From contig JAJXUG010000014.1 in the NCBI GenBank assembly GCA_021783095.1, positions 1,895 through 65,894 of the forward strand: a stretch of 64,000 nucleotides of DNA. Direction: 5' to 3'. Position 1 is the first letter of the stretch, and every line of letters begins with the position of its first letter. Positions 18,122 to 30,388 of this stretch are shown one piece after another. Both the position numbers and the translations under genes were made by a program. Source of the DNA: Chloroflexota bacterium (GTDB taxonomy: Bacteria > Chloroflexota > Limnocylindria > Limnocylindrales > CSP1-4). The notes under the pieces are model-generated. The model was not told where the DNA came from and searched no databases. It saw only the letters and a list, made by a program, of their open reading frames with translations.

Positions 18122-18295
18122 GAGGCCGGAGTCTACCCTGCCGGGGCGGCGGCGAATGGGCCGAGCCCGGTGAGCCAGCGGAATGCAGCGGTGCCCGGAG
18201 ATCGTCGAGGGTCACGACCCCCAGGCGCGCACGATCGCCTGCGGTGGTTCCAGGGGGCAACGGATTCGCGGCGGCTGCTGCCCGTGGATCTGGGG

Positions 18296-18340
18296 GAATC
18301 GAGAAGCCCCCGGCCCGTGCGGGCCGGGGGCTTCGTGTCG
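18296..18340 (-). terminator. hairpin GAAGCCCCCGGCCCG/CGGGCCGGGGGCTTC 3' of the subtilase gene (copy 1 of a repeated element)
   Basis: A 15-bp perfect inverted repeat, preceded by the conserved flank ATCGA. Confidence 0.55.
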
Positions 18341-18358
18341 ACCGTCGCGAGGCGGCGG

Positions 18359-20584
18359 CTACTTCACCAGGGCGTAGACGGCGGCGTGGGCCACGACGCC
18401 ACCGTTCGAGATCGTGAGCCACGCCTGGTTGCTGCCGGCCAGCGCGGTCTTCGCGAAGGTCGCGACCACGTGGAACGTGGCACTCGTGCCGCTCGCGAGG
18501 GTGACCGAGGAGCGGTCGACCAAGAAGGTCACGCCGTGCGTCGCGCCCCAGGCGGCGATGGCGAGGCCGAACGTCGCCTCCGAGCCCGAGACGTTCTTCA
18601 TCGTCACCGCGTAGGAGCGCGTCTGGCCCGAGCCCGACGGCGTGGCGCCGAAGCTCACGCTGACCGGGTCGAGGACCACCTGGGCGGTGGTCGCGCTCGC
18701 CAGGTTGACCCGGCCCGAACCGGTGATGTTGACGTTGGTCACGAACGTGGTGCCGTCCGCTGACGAGGTGAGGATCCCGGCGTCAGCGGTGTTCACGACG
18801 GCGGAGCGGATGGCCCATGCCGGCCAGGTCGGGTGCTGCTGGACCAGGATGGCGGCGACGCCGGCGAGGTGCGGCGTGGCCATCGAGGTGCCCTGGAAGA
18901 AGGCGAAGCACGGCTGCCCGCCGCAGAACGAGTTCGGGATCGAGGACAGGACGTTGACGCCGGGGGCCACCACATCGGGCTTGACGCGGAAGTCCACGTT
19001 CGTCGGGCCCTGGCTCGAGAAGCCCGCCATGATGTCGGTGTTCGCGGTCTGGAAGTACGACTCAACCGCGCTGATCGTCGCGGACTGGCCATTGGCCGCC
19101 AGGAGCGCCGGCCGGTCGGCAAGCGAGGCCATGTAGGCCGGGATCGTTGGTGCGGGGAGGGTCCCGTCGGTGGCCATCGCCACCGGGTCCCCGGCCGCGT
19201 TGTTCACGATGACGGCGGCCACGGCACCCGCCTCCTGGGCGAACCGGACCTTGGTGGTGAAGGTGCAGGTGCCGCGCGAGACCACGGCGATCTTGCCGGC
19301 CATGCTGCCCGCGGCGAGGGCGGCGCAGGCGGTCCCCAGACCGCCGGTGCCGGTCGCGACGCCGAGCGGCGCCATGAGGTCGGCCGACACCTTCGCAAAG
19401 TCGCCGGCCGCCAAGCCGTACGACGCGGCGTCGACGGTGAGCGGCGTCCCGACGAAGTGCCCGACGGTCGAGGCGCCGGCGGTGAGGGCGCGGCTGGCGG
19501 ATCCGGGCGACTCCACCGTGGAGAAGCCCGGGCCGCTGTTGCCGGCCGCGACCGCGCTGATCATGTTGGCCTGGTCGAGGTTGTCGACCGCGACCGCGAC
19601 CAGATCCTGGATGCCCTTCTGTCCGCCGCCAAGGCTCATGTTGACGATGTCCATGCCATCGGCGTACGCAGCGTCGAGCGCGTTGAGGATGTCCTCGCTG
19701 CGGGCGTTGAGGACGTCGCCCGGGAAGATGTTGTAGTTGCCGAGCAGGGCGCGCGGTGCGACGCCCGAGATCCCGTACGGGATCGCCACGCCGTCGACCG
19801 TTGCCGGGGTGTTGTAGTCGCAGGCGATGGTGCCCGCGACGTGCGTGCCGTGCTCCTGGACCGGCGCGGCATCGAAGCCGTTCTGGTTGAGCTTGTTGTT
19901 GAAGACCCGGGCCACGAACACCTTGTTGTTGGTGTAGGCCTTCTGCCCCAGCTGGGTGATGGTTGGGTAGCCGTCGTCGCTGAAGCACGGGCTCTTGATG
20001 TCGATGCCCGTGTCGATGACGCCCACCTTCACGCCGTCACCGGCGGTCGCCGGGGCCTGGCCGGCGTTCTTCCAGCCCGCGGCCGCGCTGATCGCACCCA
20101 GGTCGGGATCGTCCGCCGTCGGGTAGTAGAGGCCCTCGTACTCGGCGCGGACCACGAGCGATGACGTCCGGATCGTCGCGAGCGAGGTGCCGTTGAGCTT
20201 GACCGCGACCGCGTTGAGCGAGAGGTCGTAGCCCCCCACGACCTGCGCCTTGGGGGCCGCGGTGTGGAGCCAATGCTTGAACTGGTTGCGCAGGGACGCA
20301 AGGTGGGCCTTGTACGACTTCACCGTGGCGCTGTTGAAGTCGATCTTCTTGCCCTGGGCCGGCTTGGTCTTCGCGTACGTGGACAGCGGTGCGCCGGCAA
20401 GCTGGACCAGCGCGGATCCCTTGTCGACGGTGACCCTGGCCGGCGTCGCGCCGTCCGTGACGACGCCGCTTGGCACCGCCGCCAGGGTGCCGCCCGGCAC
20501 CGAGGCGATGAGGGCAGCGGCCAACGCCGCCGCGAGGCTGAGCCTCACGCGAACCACGATCGGGTCCCTCCCTTCGTGAACCAC
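18359..20584 (-). CDS. secreted subtilisin-like serine protease (peptidase S8) with I9 propeptide and PA-domain insert
   Basis: Signal peptide and catalytic D (VGVIDTGID), H (HGTHVAG) and S (GTSMATPH) motifs. Confidence 0.85.
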   Translation of the reverse strand: MVHEGRDPIVVRVRLSLAAALAAALIASVPGGTLAAVPSGVVTDGATPARVTVDKGSALVQLAGAPLSTYAKTKPAQGKKIDFNSATVKSYKAHLASLRNQFKHWLHTAAPKAQVVGGYDLSLNAVAVKLNGTSLATIRTSSLVVRAEYEGLYYPTADDPDLGAISAAAGWKNAGQAPATAGDGVKVGVIDTGIDIKSPCFSDDGYPTITQLGQKAYTNNKVFVARVFNNKLNQNGFDAAPVQEHGTHVAGTIACDYNTPATVDGVAIPYGISGVAPRALLGNYNIFPGDVLNARSEDILNALDAAYADGMDIVNMSLGGGQKGIQDLVAVAVDNLDQANMISAVAAGNSGPGFSTVESPGSASRALTAGASTVGHFVGTPLTVDAASYGLAAGDFAKVSADLMAPLGVATGTGGLGTACAALAAGSMAGKIAVVSRGTCTFTTKVRFAQEAGAVAAVIVNNAAGDPVAMATDGTLPAPTIPAYMASLADRPALLAANGQSATISAVESYFQTANTDIMAGFSSQGPTNVDFRVKPDVVAPGVNVLSSIPNSFCGGQPCFAFFQGTSMATPHLAGVAAILVQQHPTWPAWAIRSAVVNTADAGILTSSADGTTFVTNVNITGSGRVNLASATTAQVVLDPVSVSFGATPSGSGQTRSYAVTMKNVSGSEATFGLAIAAWGATHGVTFLVDRSSVTLASGTSATFHVVATFAKTALAGSNQAWLTISNGGVVAHAAVYALVK

Positions 20585-20740
20585 CCGGGCACACCTGGCG
20601 CGCCCGTTCCCCGGCGGCGATGTGGGCCAGCCTACCCCGTCCGGGCCATGCCAAGACCCCCCGAATGGACACGCCTGTTGCTCGGAGGCAACGGTTCCAG
20701 CGTGCGGAGGCTCACGCCGTCCCGGCGCCGGTCGCGGGTA

Positions 20741-20786
20741 TCGAGAAGCCCCCGACCCGCGTGGGACGGGGGCTTCGGGCCGCTGA
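20741..20786 (-). terminator. hairpin GAAGCCCCCG/CGGGGGCTTC 3' of mdh (copy 2 of the repeated element)
   Basis: Same stem and same ATCGAGAAGCCCCC flank as the element at 18296. Confidence 0.5.
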
Positions 20787-20806
20787 GCGGACTCGCCGGG
20801 CGAGCC

Positions 20807-23503
<2,697 letters not shown>

Positions 23504-23851
23504 TGGCAGGCACCTCGACTGGGACGCGGACTGAGCGCCCGCGAAAGCTCTGACCGGCCGCGCGTGGCGGGCCCTGCGGCCCGGGAGTCGGCTTCCTCAG
23601 TCAAGGTCGCGATTCGATTGCCAGCGATTGTAGCGGTGGCGTCTATCGCCGTCGTGCCCAGTGGTCGCGGCGGTGCGTCGTGCGCGACGCGAAATGACGT
23701 GGACGCCTTCGCCCGTGCCTTGAGTCGGCTGCGACTCGAATCGCTGCTGTCCGTGCGTACGCGGCGCCGCCAGGGGCTGGTTCGGCGAGCGTGCCACGCT
23801 CGCCAGCGCCGAGATTCAGTCTGACCCGACTCGCGCCACGGCTCGCCGGCC

Positions 23852-25066
23852 TCAGCGCGACGTGCACCACCAGTCCAGGAGCGTGCCCTTCCAGGGTGGG
23901 GTCCGGTCCAGCCCACCGGGATCGAGGACCACACGGGTGCCGTCCCGGGCGACGAGGACGACGACGGCCTCGACCTGGACAGGGCTCCGGGGCGAGGGCA
24001 CGTCGAGGCCGACCACCATCTCGGACGCGACCGGCGTGGCGGCAACGGCCAGCGGCGCCGGTCCCAGGTTGACTTGGTGGTCCACGACCGTCACGGGCCA
24101 CACCTCCAGGCGGAACGTCGAGAACCGCTGCTCGAATGCCGCGACGCGCGAGGGGTCGCCCACCACGTACGACGCGAACAGACCCGGGCCGCCCTGGACG
24201 TCGCCCCAGTTGACCGGGGATCCCGAGCCCGCGAGCAGGGGCTCCGTGTCGCTCGCGACGCCGATGCTCGACACGTCACCGCTCCACCAGCTCGAGGAGT
24301 CGTTTGCCTGCACAGTGGCGAACCCCGCGCCCGTGGTCGCGGCGACAACAGCCAGCAGGAGGGCGAGCCGGCCGCGGGCCGTCGTCCGCGGGAACGTCGT
24401 CACGCTGGTGGCGGGTCGGAGGGCGGCGAGGAGGAACGCAACGGGACCCAGCGGCAGCCCGATCGCGAGGATCCAGTCCATGTCGGTCGAGTACAGGGTC
24501 CACAGGACCACGGACCAGGCGACAAGGCCGCCGATGCCGACCGCGAGCCTGACGCCGCGGACCGACCGCCCCACCCGCCGCGCCACGCGCGCAGGCAGGG
24601 CCCACCCCATCCACGCGAACCAGAGCACCGCGAGGACGACGGTTCCGACGCTCGCCGACGGCCCGGTGAGCCACCCGGACCCACTCATCCCGGTGACCTG
24701 CGTGATGGCAATCAGGGCCGATAGCGCGCAGAGCACCACGGCAGCCGCGAGCAGCCACACCATCGCAAGCGAGGCCGCGCCGAACCCCAGCGCCGAGAAC
24801 GCGGCACCGCCGACGGCTGCCAGGAGATGCCTCCGCCGATGCCGCGCCCGCCCAAGCTCATGGCCGAGCGTCGCCGGATCGCCCAGCGACCGGATCGCGC
24901 GCTGCTCGGCGTCGTCCACGTCCAGTCCGGCCGCGCGCCAGCCGGCGGCAGCGTCGGACAGGTGGCTGGTGAGCTCCTCGAGGACTTCGCCCACCTCGGC
25001 CGGCTGGAGGTCCACCGCGTCGGCGACCCGGAGCAGGAACGTCGCGCGATCGAGCGGGTCAGGCAC
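23852..25066 (-). CDS. membrane protein with N-terminal HAAS/DUF1700-like domain, a PadR partner
   Basis: N-terminal helix (FLLRVADAVDLQPAEVGEVLEELTSHL), then 4-6 TM helices and a C-terminal extracytoplasmic domain. It overlaps the PadR stop by 8 nt. Confidence 0.6.
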   Translation of the reverse strand: MPDPLDRATFLLRVADAVDLQPAEVGEVLEELTSHLSDAAAGWRAAGLDVDDAEQRAIRSLGDPATLGHELGRARHRRRHLLAAVGGAAFSALGFGAASLAMVWLLAAAVVLCALSALIAITQVTGMSGSGWLTGPSASVGTVVLAVLWFAWMGWALPARVARRVGRSVRGVRLAVGIGGLVAWSVVLWTLYSTDMDWILAIGLPLGPVAFLLAALRPATSVTTFPRTTARGRLALLLAVVAATTGAGFATVQANDSSSWWSGDVSSIGVASDTEPLLAGSGSPVNWGDVQGGPGLFASYVVGDPSRVAAFEQRFSTFRLEVWPVTVVDHQVNLGPAPLAVAATPVASEMVVGLDVPSPRSPVQVEAVVVLVARDGTRVVLDPGGLDRTPPWKGTLLDWWCTSR

Positions 25067-25412
25067 CGGAGGGCTCCCGGCGGGCGGCCACGCGGTGGAC
25101 GGCGCTGCTGAAGGCTGCCCACTCCTCCTCGAGCGCTGCCAGCTTCGCGTGCCCCGTCGGCGTGATGCGGTACCAGCGGCGCCGCGGGCCCCTGTCGCCG
25201 GCGCGCCACACCGCCTCGAGTCCCCCCTCGGTCTCGAGGCGGTGCAGCGTCGGGTAGAGCGAGCCCTCGGACGGGAGGAATGCGCCGTCGCTCCGCTCGC
25301 GGATCTTCACCGCGATCTGGTAGCCGTAGAGCTCGCCCTCGCGCAGCACGGAGAGCACCAGGTACGCCATCGCGCCCTTCATCAGCTCCGTGCGCAGCGG
25401 GTCGCGGGCCAT
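25059..25412 (-). CDS. PadR-family transcriptional regulator
   Basis: Winged-helix LYGYQIAVKIRERSDGAFLPSEGSLYPTLHRLE. A CCTCGA-AGA-TCGAGG inverted repeat and a TATAGG box lie upstream. Confidence 0.75.
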   Translation of the reverse strand: MARDPLRTELMKGAMAYLVLSVLREGELYGYQIAVKIRERSDGAFLPSEGSLYPTLHRLETEGGLEAVWRAGDRGPRRRWYRITPTGHAKLAALEEEWAAFSSAVHRVAARREPSGA

Positions 25413-25873
25413 CCCGTCCTCGTCGGTGTCCCTCGATCTTCGAGGCAGGCCTATATCGTTCTCCGAGGTAGCCTCCGTGTCAAGGGCTTCGTGGCGTGGC
25501 CAGCGTGGTCGAGCGGGCGCACATTGCAGCTCGCCAGGCAGTCCGTCCCCTGTGGGGGCGACAGTCCGACGCGAGGCGGAAGGCCAGGCCACGCCTCGTC
25601 CCCGAGCCGTCGCTCCTGGCTCCTCCGGGAGGCGACTATCCGACGAAGTCCGCTCGCATCTCCCCCAGGGGGAGACAGGGGCGGACTCGACCCCGCACGC
25701 CGTGCACGGGCCCAGCTCCGGACGTTGGATAGCCGCCGCCAGGGGCGCTACGAGCGAAGCAGGGTGCCGGCGGCGCCCGGCGATGGGGCGGCGACCGCGG
25801 CGCTCGCCGTCCCCCGCGGATCCGCCGGCGCGCCGGGAGCCGCGAGGCTGGGCCCGTGACCCGCCAGGCAACC

Positions 25874-26806
25874 CTACGGATCACCGCGGTCGAGCCGGCC
25901 GGGGCGCAGGAACAACCAGGTCAGGCGTCGGCGGAGGCGACGGGGCTGTGACGGCAGGTCTACGGTCCCGGGCTGCAACTCCTCAACCGCGGGCCCGAGC
26001 AGCGCCTCGAACGCCGCCGTGAGATCGCGGGCCAGCTCCAGCTCCTCGCGCGAGCCCTCCGCCGGCAGGACGCCGTCCCACGCGTCGCCCAGCAGCGAGC
26101 GCGCGCTCGTGGGCGACAGCACGCGCGAGGCCATCCGCCGCCCGATGTACAGCTCCTCCGTGCCCGCCATCGCGAGCGGGACGATCGGCGCGCCCGTCCG
26201 CAGGGCGATGAGCGCCGCTCCGTTGCGGAACGGCCCGATGCGTCCCGGCGGGCCGGAGACCGTCCCCTCGGGCATCTGGGCGAACACCGCGCCGTTGGCG
26301 ATGACGGCGCGAGCCGAGGCGACGTGGGCGTCGATCCCCACCCCGCCGCGCCAGACTGGCAGCAGCCCGCCGAGTCGGTGGACGAACCGCTCGCGGAGGC
26401 GGCTGGTGAACGTGGACGGCGCGCTGCCCAGGAACCACGCGCGGGGCTCGACCGGCAGCGCGTGCAGCACCAGGAACGGGTCCATCCAGCCGCGGTGCGC
26501 GGCCGCGATCAGCAGGTAGCCGCCCGAGCGCGGCAGGTGCTCCTGCCCTGACGTCTCGATCCGCATCCGGCAGAGCCCGAACAACACGAACCGGGCGAAC
26601 AGGCGGACGGTGCGGTATAGGAGCGAGGCGCGCGCCTCGGGCGGCCGGCCAAGCCAGTCGAGGCCTTCGCGCTCGCCCCCAGCCGAGGCGAGCGCGCCGC
26701 GCTCGAGGCGCGAGGGAGGACGCCGTCGACGAGCAGACGGGTGCGGGGCCTCAGCGGATCGGTGCGGCTCCGTCGGCTCCGGGCTCGCCGCCGGGTCCAT
26801 CGTCAT
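25874..26806 (-). CDS. lysophospholipid/1-acyl-glycerol-3-phosphate acyltransferase (PlsC family)
   Basis: The HRGWMD (HX4D) and PEGT motifs. Start uncertain and may lie downstream of 26806. It overlaps the lgt 3' end. Confidence 0.6.
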   Translation of the reverse strand: MTMDPAASPEPTEPHRSAEAPHPSARRRRPPSRLERGALASAGGEREGLDWLGRPPEARASLLYRTVRLFARFVLFGLCRMRIETSGQEHLPRSGGYLLIAAAHRGWMDPFLVLHALPVEPRAWFLGSAPSTFTSRLRERFVHRLGGLLPVWRGGVGIDAHVASARAVIANGAVFAQMPEGTVSGPPGRIGPFRNGAALIALRTGAPIVPLAMAGTEELYIGRRMASRVLSPTSARSLLGDAWDGVLPAEGSREELELARDLTAAFEALLGPAVEELQPGTVDLPSQPRRLRRRLTWLFLRPGRLDRGDP

Positions 26807-27743
26807 CGACCGGCTCCTCGTCGTCCTCGAAGACCTCGTCCTCGTCGTCCTCGTAGAGCTCTTCGCTGGGCTTGGGCGGCGCGCCCCACGGCTCGTAGGC
26901 GGCCCCGGGCCGGTGCCGGTACAGCAGCACGCCGCCGGCCACCACGAACGTCACCGACGACACCACCATCGCGGTCGGCACGCCGAAGAACGTCCAGTTC
27001 CCCTCGCGGAACGTCTCGAGCCAGAACCGGACCACCGCGTACCACATGAACCAGATCAGCAGCAGGTCCCCCGGGCGCATCCGCGGGCCGAAGCGCCGCG
27101 CCAGCCACAGCAGGGTGATGAGCCCCAGCACGCCCGACACGCTCTCGTAGAGGAACAGCGGCGTGAACGCGGTGGTCTCGAAGGGGTACTGCGAGCACGG
27201 CCACTGCGTGATCCCGTGGTCGCCGATCCGGTGGGCGCAGTCGATCTGGATGCCCCAGGGCAGGGTGGTCGGCGGGCCGTAGAGCTCCTGGTTGAAGAAG
27301 TTCCCCCACCGCCCGATGGCCTGCATCGTGAACAGCGCCGGCGCGATGACGTCGGCCCACTTCCAGAACGGCTGCTTCCAGCGGCGGATGATGTAGATCG
27401 CCGCCAGGGTGCCCGTGACGATGCCGCCGTAGACCCCCAGCCCGGTGTACGGAGGAAGGAAGATCTTGATCGGATCGTCCTTGTACAGCACCCACTGGTC
27501 GATCACGTGGTAGGCGCGCCCGCCGACGAGGGCAGCGGCCGCGACGATGATGATCCCGTTGTCCACCAGCCTGGCGTCGAGCCCGCGCCGGTGCGCCTCG
27601 CGGGTGACCACGGCATAGGACGCCGCGAGGCCGATGGCGTAACAGACCCCGTACCAGTACACCGGGATGGGGCCCAAGTGGATCGCGATGGGGTCGGGCG
27701 TGATCGCGATCATCGCGAGAATCGGGATGAGCAGAGTCGGCAT
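26751..27743 (-). CDS. lgt: prolipoprotein diacylglyceryl transferase
   Basis: Canonical signature GRWGNFFNQELYG. 7 TM helices. Acidic C-terminal tail. Confidence 0.85.
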   Translation of the reverse strand: MPTLLIPILAMIAITPDPIAIHLGPIPVYWYGVCYAIGLAASYAVVTREAHRRGLDARLVDNGIIIVAAAALVGGRAYHVIDQWVLYKDDPIKIFLPPYTGLGVYGGIVTGTLAAIYIIRRWKQPFWKWADVIAPALFTMQAIGRWGNFFNQELYGPPTTLPWGIQIDCAHRIGDHGITQWPCSQYPFETTAFTPLFLYESVSGVLGLITLLWLARRFGPRMRPGDLLLIWFMWYAVVRFWLETFREGNWTFFGVPTAMVVSSVTFVVAGGVLLYRHRPGAAYEPWGAPPKPSEELYEDDEDEVFEDDEEPVDDDGPGGEPGADGAAPIR

Positions 27744-27829
27744 GTCGGCGAAGTGTAGCCGGTGCGCCGCCGAGATCCGTGGGCTACGCTACAGCGCGAT
27801 GACGCCGCCTGCCTTCTGGGGGTCCTGAC

Positions 27830-28135
27830 GTGGGGTCCGAGTTCAGCATCTGGCTCCTCGTGGTCGGCTTGGTTGCCGGCGGCGCGCTGACCTGGCTGGT
27901 CATGGCCGAGCTCGGCCGACGCGACGAGGAGATCTCCGAGCGCGAGTTGCACGCCGAGGCCGGCTGGATGATGGGCGCCGTGGGCGACCCGCGCCTCGAC
28001 GCCCAGCTGGCCGAGGATGTGCTCCGCGCCCACCGACGCTACCTGAGCTTCCCTCCCCCGGACGCACTGATCTCGCCCGAGGAGCTCGCCGCGCTCGAGC
28101 AGCAGGCCGCCGAGGCCGTGCGCCCCGAGGGCTGA
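27830..28135 (+). CDS. small membrane protein (101 aa), hypothetical
   Basis: N-terminal TM (FSIWLLVVGLVAGGALTWLV) and a helical acidic C-terminus. Divergent from lgt. Confidence 0.4.
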   Translation: MGSEFSIWLLVVGLVAGGALTWLVMAELGRRDEEISERELHAEAGWMMGAVGDPRLDAQLAEDVLRAHRRYLSFPPPDALISPEELAALEQQAAEAVRPEG

Positions 28136-28193
28136 CCCCGAGCCGCCGACCCCGAGCCGCCGACCGGCGGCCGAGCCGAGCGTCCCGCCGCTC

Positions 28194-29072
28194 TCAGGTC
28201 CCGCCGAGCAGGACCGGGCTCCCGGTGGTCGACCCGGCTGGGACCAGCGAGACGCCGAAGGAACTGCCCGGCTTGAGGTCCGCGAGGCCGCCCACCTTGC
28301 CCGCCCAGGTGCCGTCGGCGCCCTCCATGTAGAGCACGCCGATCCGTCGTCGCTGGCCGCCCTGCTCCACCCAGCAGGCGTAGGTGGCGCCATCGGGGAT
28401 CGGGGCCAGGCCGGTCACCGTCATCGCCAGCTCCCCAGAGGCGACGGAGTAGAGGAGTGCGCCCGAACCCTGCGCGCCGTCGGCGGGCGCCAGCGTGACG
28501 CGGACGACGTCAGCCTGCTGGGCGAGGCGCATCGTGGTCTGCGCAATGGCGAGCGATGCGCCCGCGCCGTCGGCCGAGGTTGCGGGCCGCGCCGCGCCAC
28601 CGGCGACGAACCCGGCGACCGCGGCCACCAGGACCGCCGCGGCGGACGCTGCAGCCCACCACGCGCGCCGCGATCGCGGGCGGTCGAGCGACGGAACGAT
28701 GGCGGCCGGCGACCCCGCCCCCACGGTTGGCGCCGCGGCTGCCGACGATGCCGCAGCCGAAGACGCCGCCGGGCGAAGCACAGCCACGGGCGCTGCCGAT
28801 GCGTCCGCCTCGGCAGCGCGATCGCGCCCCACATCGCGCACGTAGCTGAGCGTGCGGTCCCGCAGGGCCGGATCGGGCAACTCGCGGATCGCCTGACGGG
28901 CGAGCGTCGAGACCCGTGCGGTCCGCGCCAGCTCCGAGGTGCACGCGTCGCAGCCGGCGAGGTGCCCGGCGACCGCGGCTGCCTCGGCCGTGTCGCCCGC
29001 CACGAGGCGCGCCAAGCCCTCCGGCTCGACCGCGGCGAGCTCGATGAGTTCGACGACCTCAGCGTGGTCCAT
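28194..29072 (-). CDS. anti-sigma factor (zinc-finger HLAGCDAC, RskA/anti-sigma-K-like C-terminal domain)
   Basis: N-terminal zf-HC2-like motif, a central TM segment and a C-terminal RskA-like domain. Its start overlaps the sigma gene stop. Confidence 0.75.
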   Translation of the reverse strand: MDHAEVVELIELAAVEPEGLARLVAGDTAEAAAVAGHLAGCDACTSELARTARVSTLARQAIRELPDPALRDRTLSYVRDVGRDRAAEADASAAPVAVLRPAASSAAASSAAAAPTVGAGSPAAIVPSLDRPRSRRAWWAAASAAAVLVAAVAGFVAGGAARPATSADGAGASLAIAQTTMRLAQQADVVRVTLAPADGAQGSGALLYSVASGELAMTVTGLAPIPDGATYACWVEQGGQRRRIGVLYMEGADGTWAGKVGGLADLKPGSSFGVSLVPAGSTTGSPVLLGGT

Positions 29073-29730
29073 CGAACCCTCCCGGGTCGCGCGCGCCCGT
29101 CCCGTCGACGTCTCCGCGGTCCAGCACGCCCCGCAGGCGCGCCAGCGCCCGCCGCGTGCGCGTCTTCACGGTTCCCAGCGGCCAGCCCAGTTGCGCAGCG
29201 ATTTCGGACTGGCTGAGCTCCTGCTGGTACGCGAGCAGGATCACGGTCCGCTCATCCTCGGGCATGCCGGCCAGTGCCTCGGCAATCGCAGCGCGGGTGT
29301 CGAGCGCCTCGGCGGCCACGACAGGGTCCGGGTCGGGCGCGGCCCCGCCGAACGAGGCGAGATCCGGGTCCAGCCGCTCGATCGAAGCGGACGCGCCGTC
29401 CTCCCCTCCCCCGCCCGGGAGCGCGACGAGCCGCGGACGCCGCCCCGCGGCGCGCAGCCGGTCCACCGCCCGGTTGCGCGCGATCGAGCGCAGCCACGTG
29501 CCCAGCGACGCGACGCCAGGATCGAATGCCTCGGCGCGGTTCCAGAGCGCGAGGAACGTCTCCTGCACGACTTCCTCCGCTGTCCCTCGATCACCAGTCA
29601 TGCGAAGCGCGACGGCATGGACCCCGACGGCGTGCCGGTCGTAGAGGGCGCCCAAGGCGTCCTCCGAGCCGGCTGCGACAGCGAGGACGAGGTCGGCGTC
29701 ATCCGCCTCGCCCACCGGGCGCTCCGACAT
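29059..29730 (-). CDS. ECF RNA polymerase sigma factor (SigK-like)
   Basis: Sigma70 region 2 (VQETFLALWNRAEAFDP...WLRSIARNRAVDRLR) and region 4 (LSQSEIAAQLGWPLGTVKTRTRRAL). Confidence 0.8.
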   Translation of the reverse strand: MSERPVGEADDADLVLAVAAGSEDALGALYDRHAVGVHAVALRMTGDRGTAEEVVQETFLALWNRAEAFDPGVASLGTWLRSIARNRAVDRLRAAGRRPRLVALPGGGGEDGASASIERLDPDLASFGGAAPDPDPVVAAEALDTRAAIAEALAGMPEDERTVILLAYQQELSQSEIAAQLGWPLGTVKTRTRRALARLRGVLDRGDVDGTGARDPGGFDGPR

Positions 29731-29734
29731 GTCC

Positions 29735-30259
29735 CTACGTCTCGCCCCCCGGAGCGGTTTCGGCCGTCTCCTCGCCGCCGCGACCGAGCGGCAGCGGCCG
29801 CCGCTCGAAGCCGGTCGAGAAGACGACGTCGGTCTCGGTCGAGAACACGTTGGGGATGACCTGGACCTGGCGGATGACCTCGCCCAGGTGCTCCATGTCG
29901 CGGGCGCGAAGCTTGAGGAGGTAGTCGGCCTCGCCGGCGACGTGGTGGCACTCCTCGATCTCGGCGATCTCGGCGAAGCTCGGCATCAGGTCAATGGTGA
30001 TCGTCCCCGGCGCCTGCGTGACCCACGTGAACGCGAGCGCGCCCAGGCCCACCGCGCGCGGGTCGAGGTTCGCGGAGTAGCCGCGGATCACGCCTCTCGC
30101 CTCGAGCTTCTTCACCCGCTCGTGGGCGGAGGGCCCGGCCATGCCGAGGTCTGTCCCGAGGTCGGCGTACGAGCGCCGGCCATCCACCTGAAGGATCCGC
30201 AGAAGTCGGGCGTCAGTCTGGCTTACGGGTTCATTCTTGCCCACTTGGCACCTATTCAT
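29735..30259 (-). CDS. Lrp/AsnC-family transcriptional regulator
   Basis: HTH (LDARLLRILQVDGRRSYADLGTDLGMAGPSAHERVKKLE) plus an RAM/AsnC_trans_reg domain. Confidence 0.75.
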   Translation of the reverse strand: MNRCQVGKNEPVSQTDARLLRILQVDGRRSYADLGTDLGMAGPSAHERVKKLEARGVIRGYSANLDPRAVGLGALAFTWVTQAPGTITIDLMPSFAEIAEIEECHHVAGEADYLLKLRARDMEHLGEVIRQVQVIPNVFSTETDVVFSTGFERRPLPLGRGGEETAETAPGGET

Positions 30260-30279
30260 TAGGCCGATGTTGTGGACTG

Positions 30280-30294
30280 CCTAAGGTTCTTAGG
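30280..30294. promoter_or_regulatory. palindrome CCTAAG-GTT-CTTAGG in the Lrp upstream region
   Basis: A 6-bp perfect inverted repeat in a relatively AT-rich stretch directly upstream of the divergent Lrp gene. Confidence 0.35.
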
Positions 30295-30388
30295 CTATGA
30301 TGACGGCAACGTCAATACAAGGCATCCGCTGCCGGGCAGGCAGCCCGCCCCGCGGGCTCGGACGCCGCCATGCACTGGAAGGTTCGCG

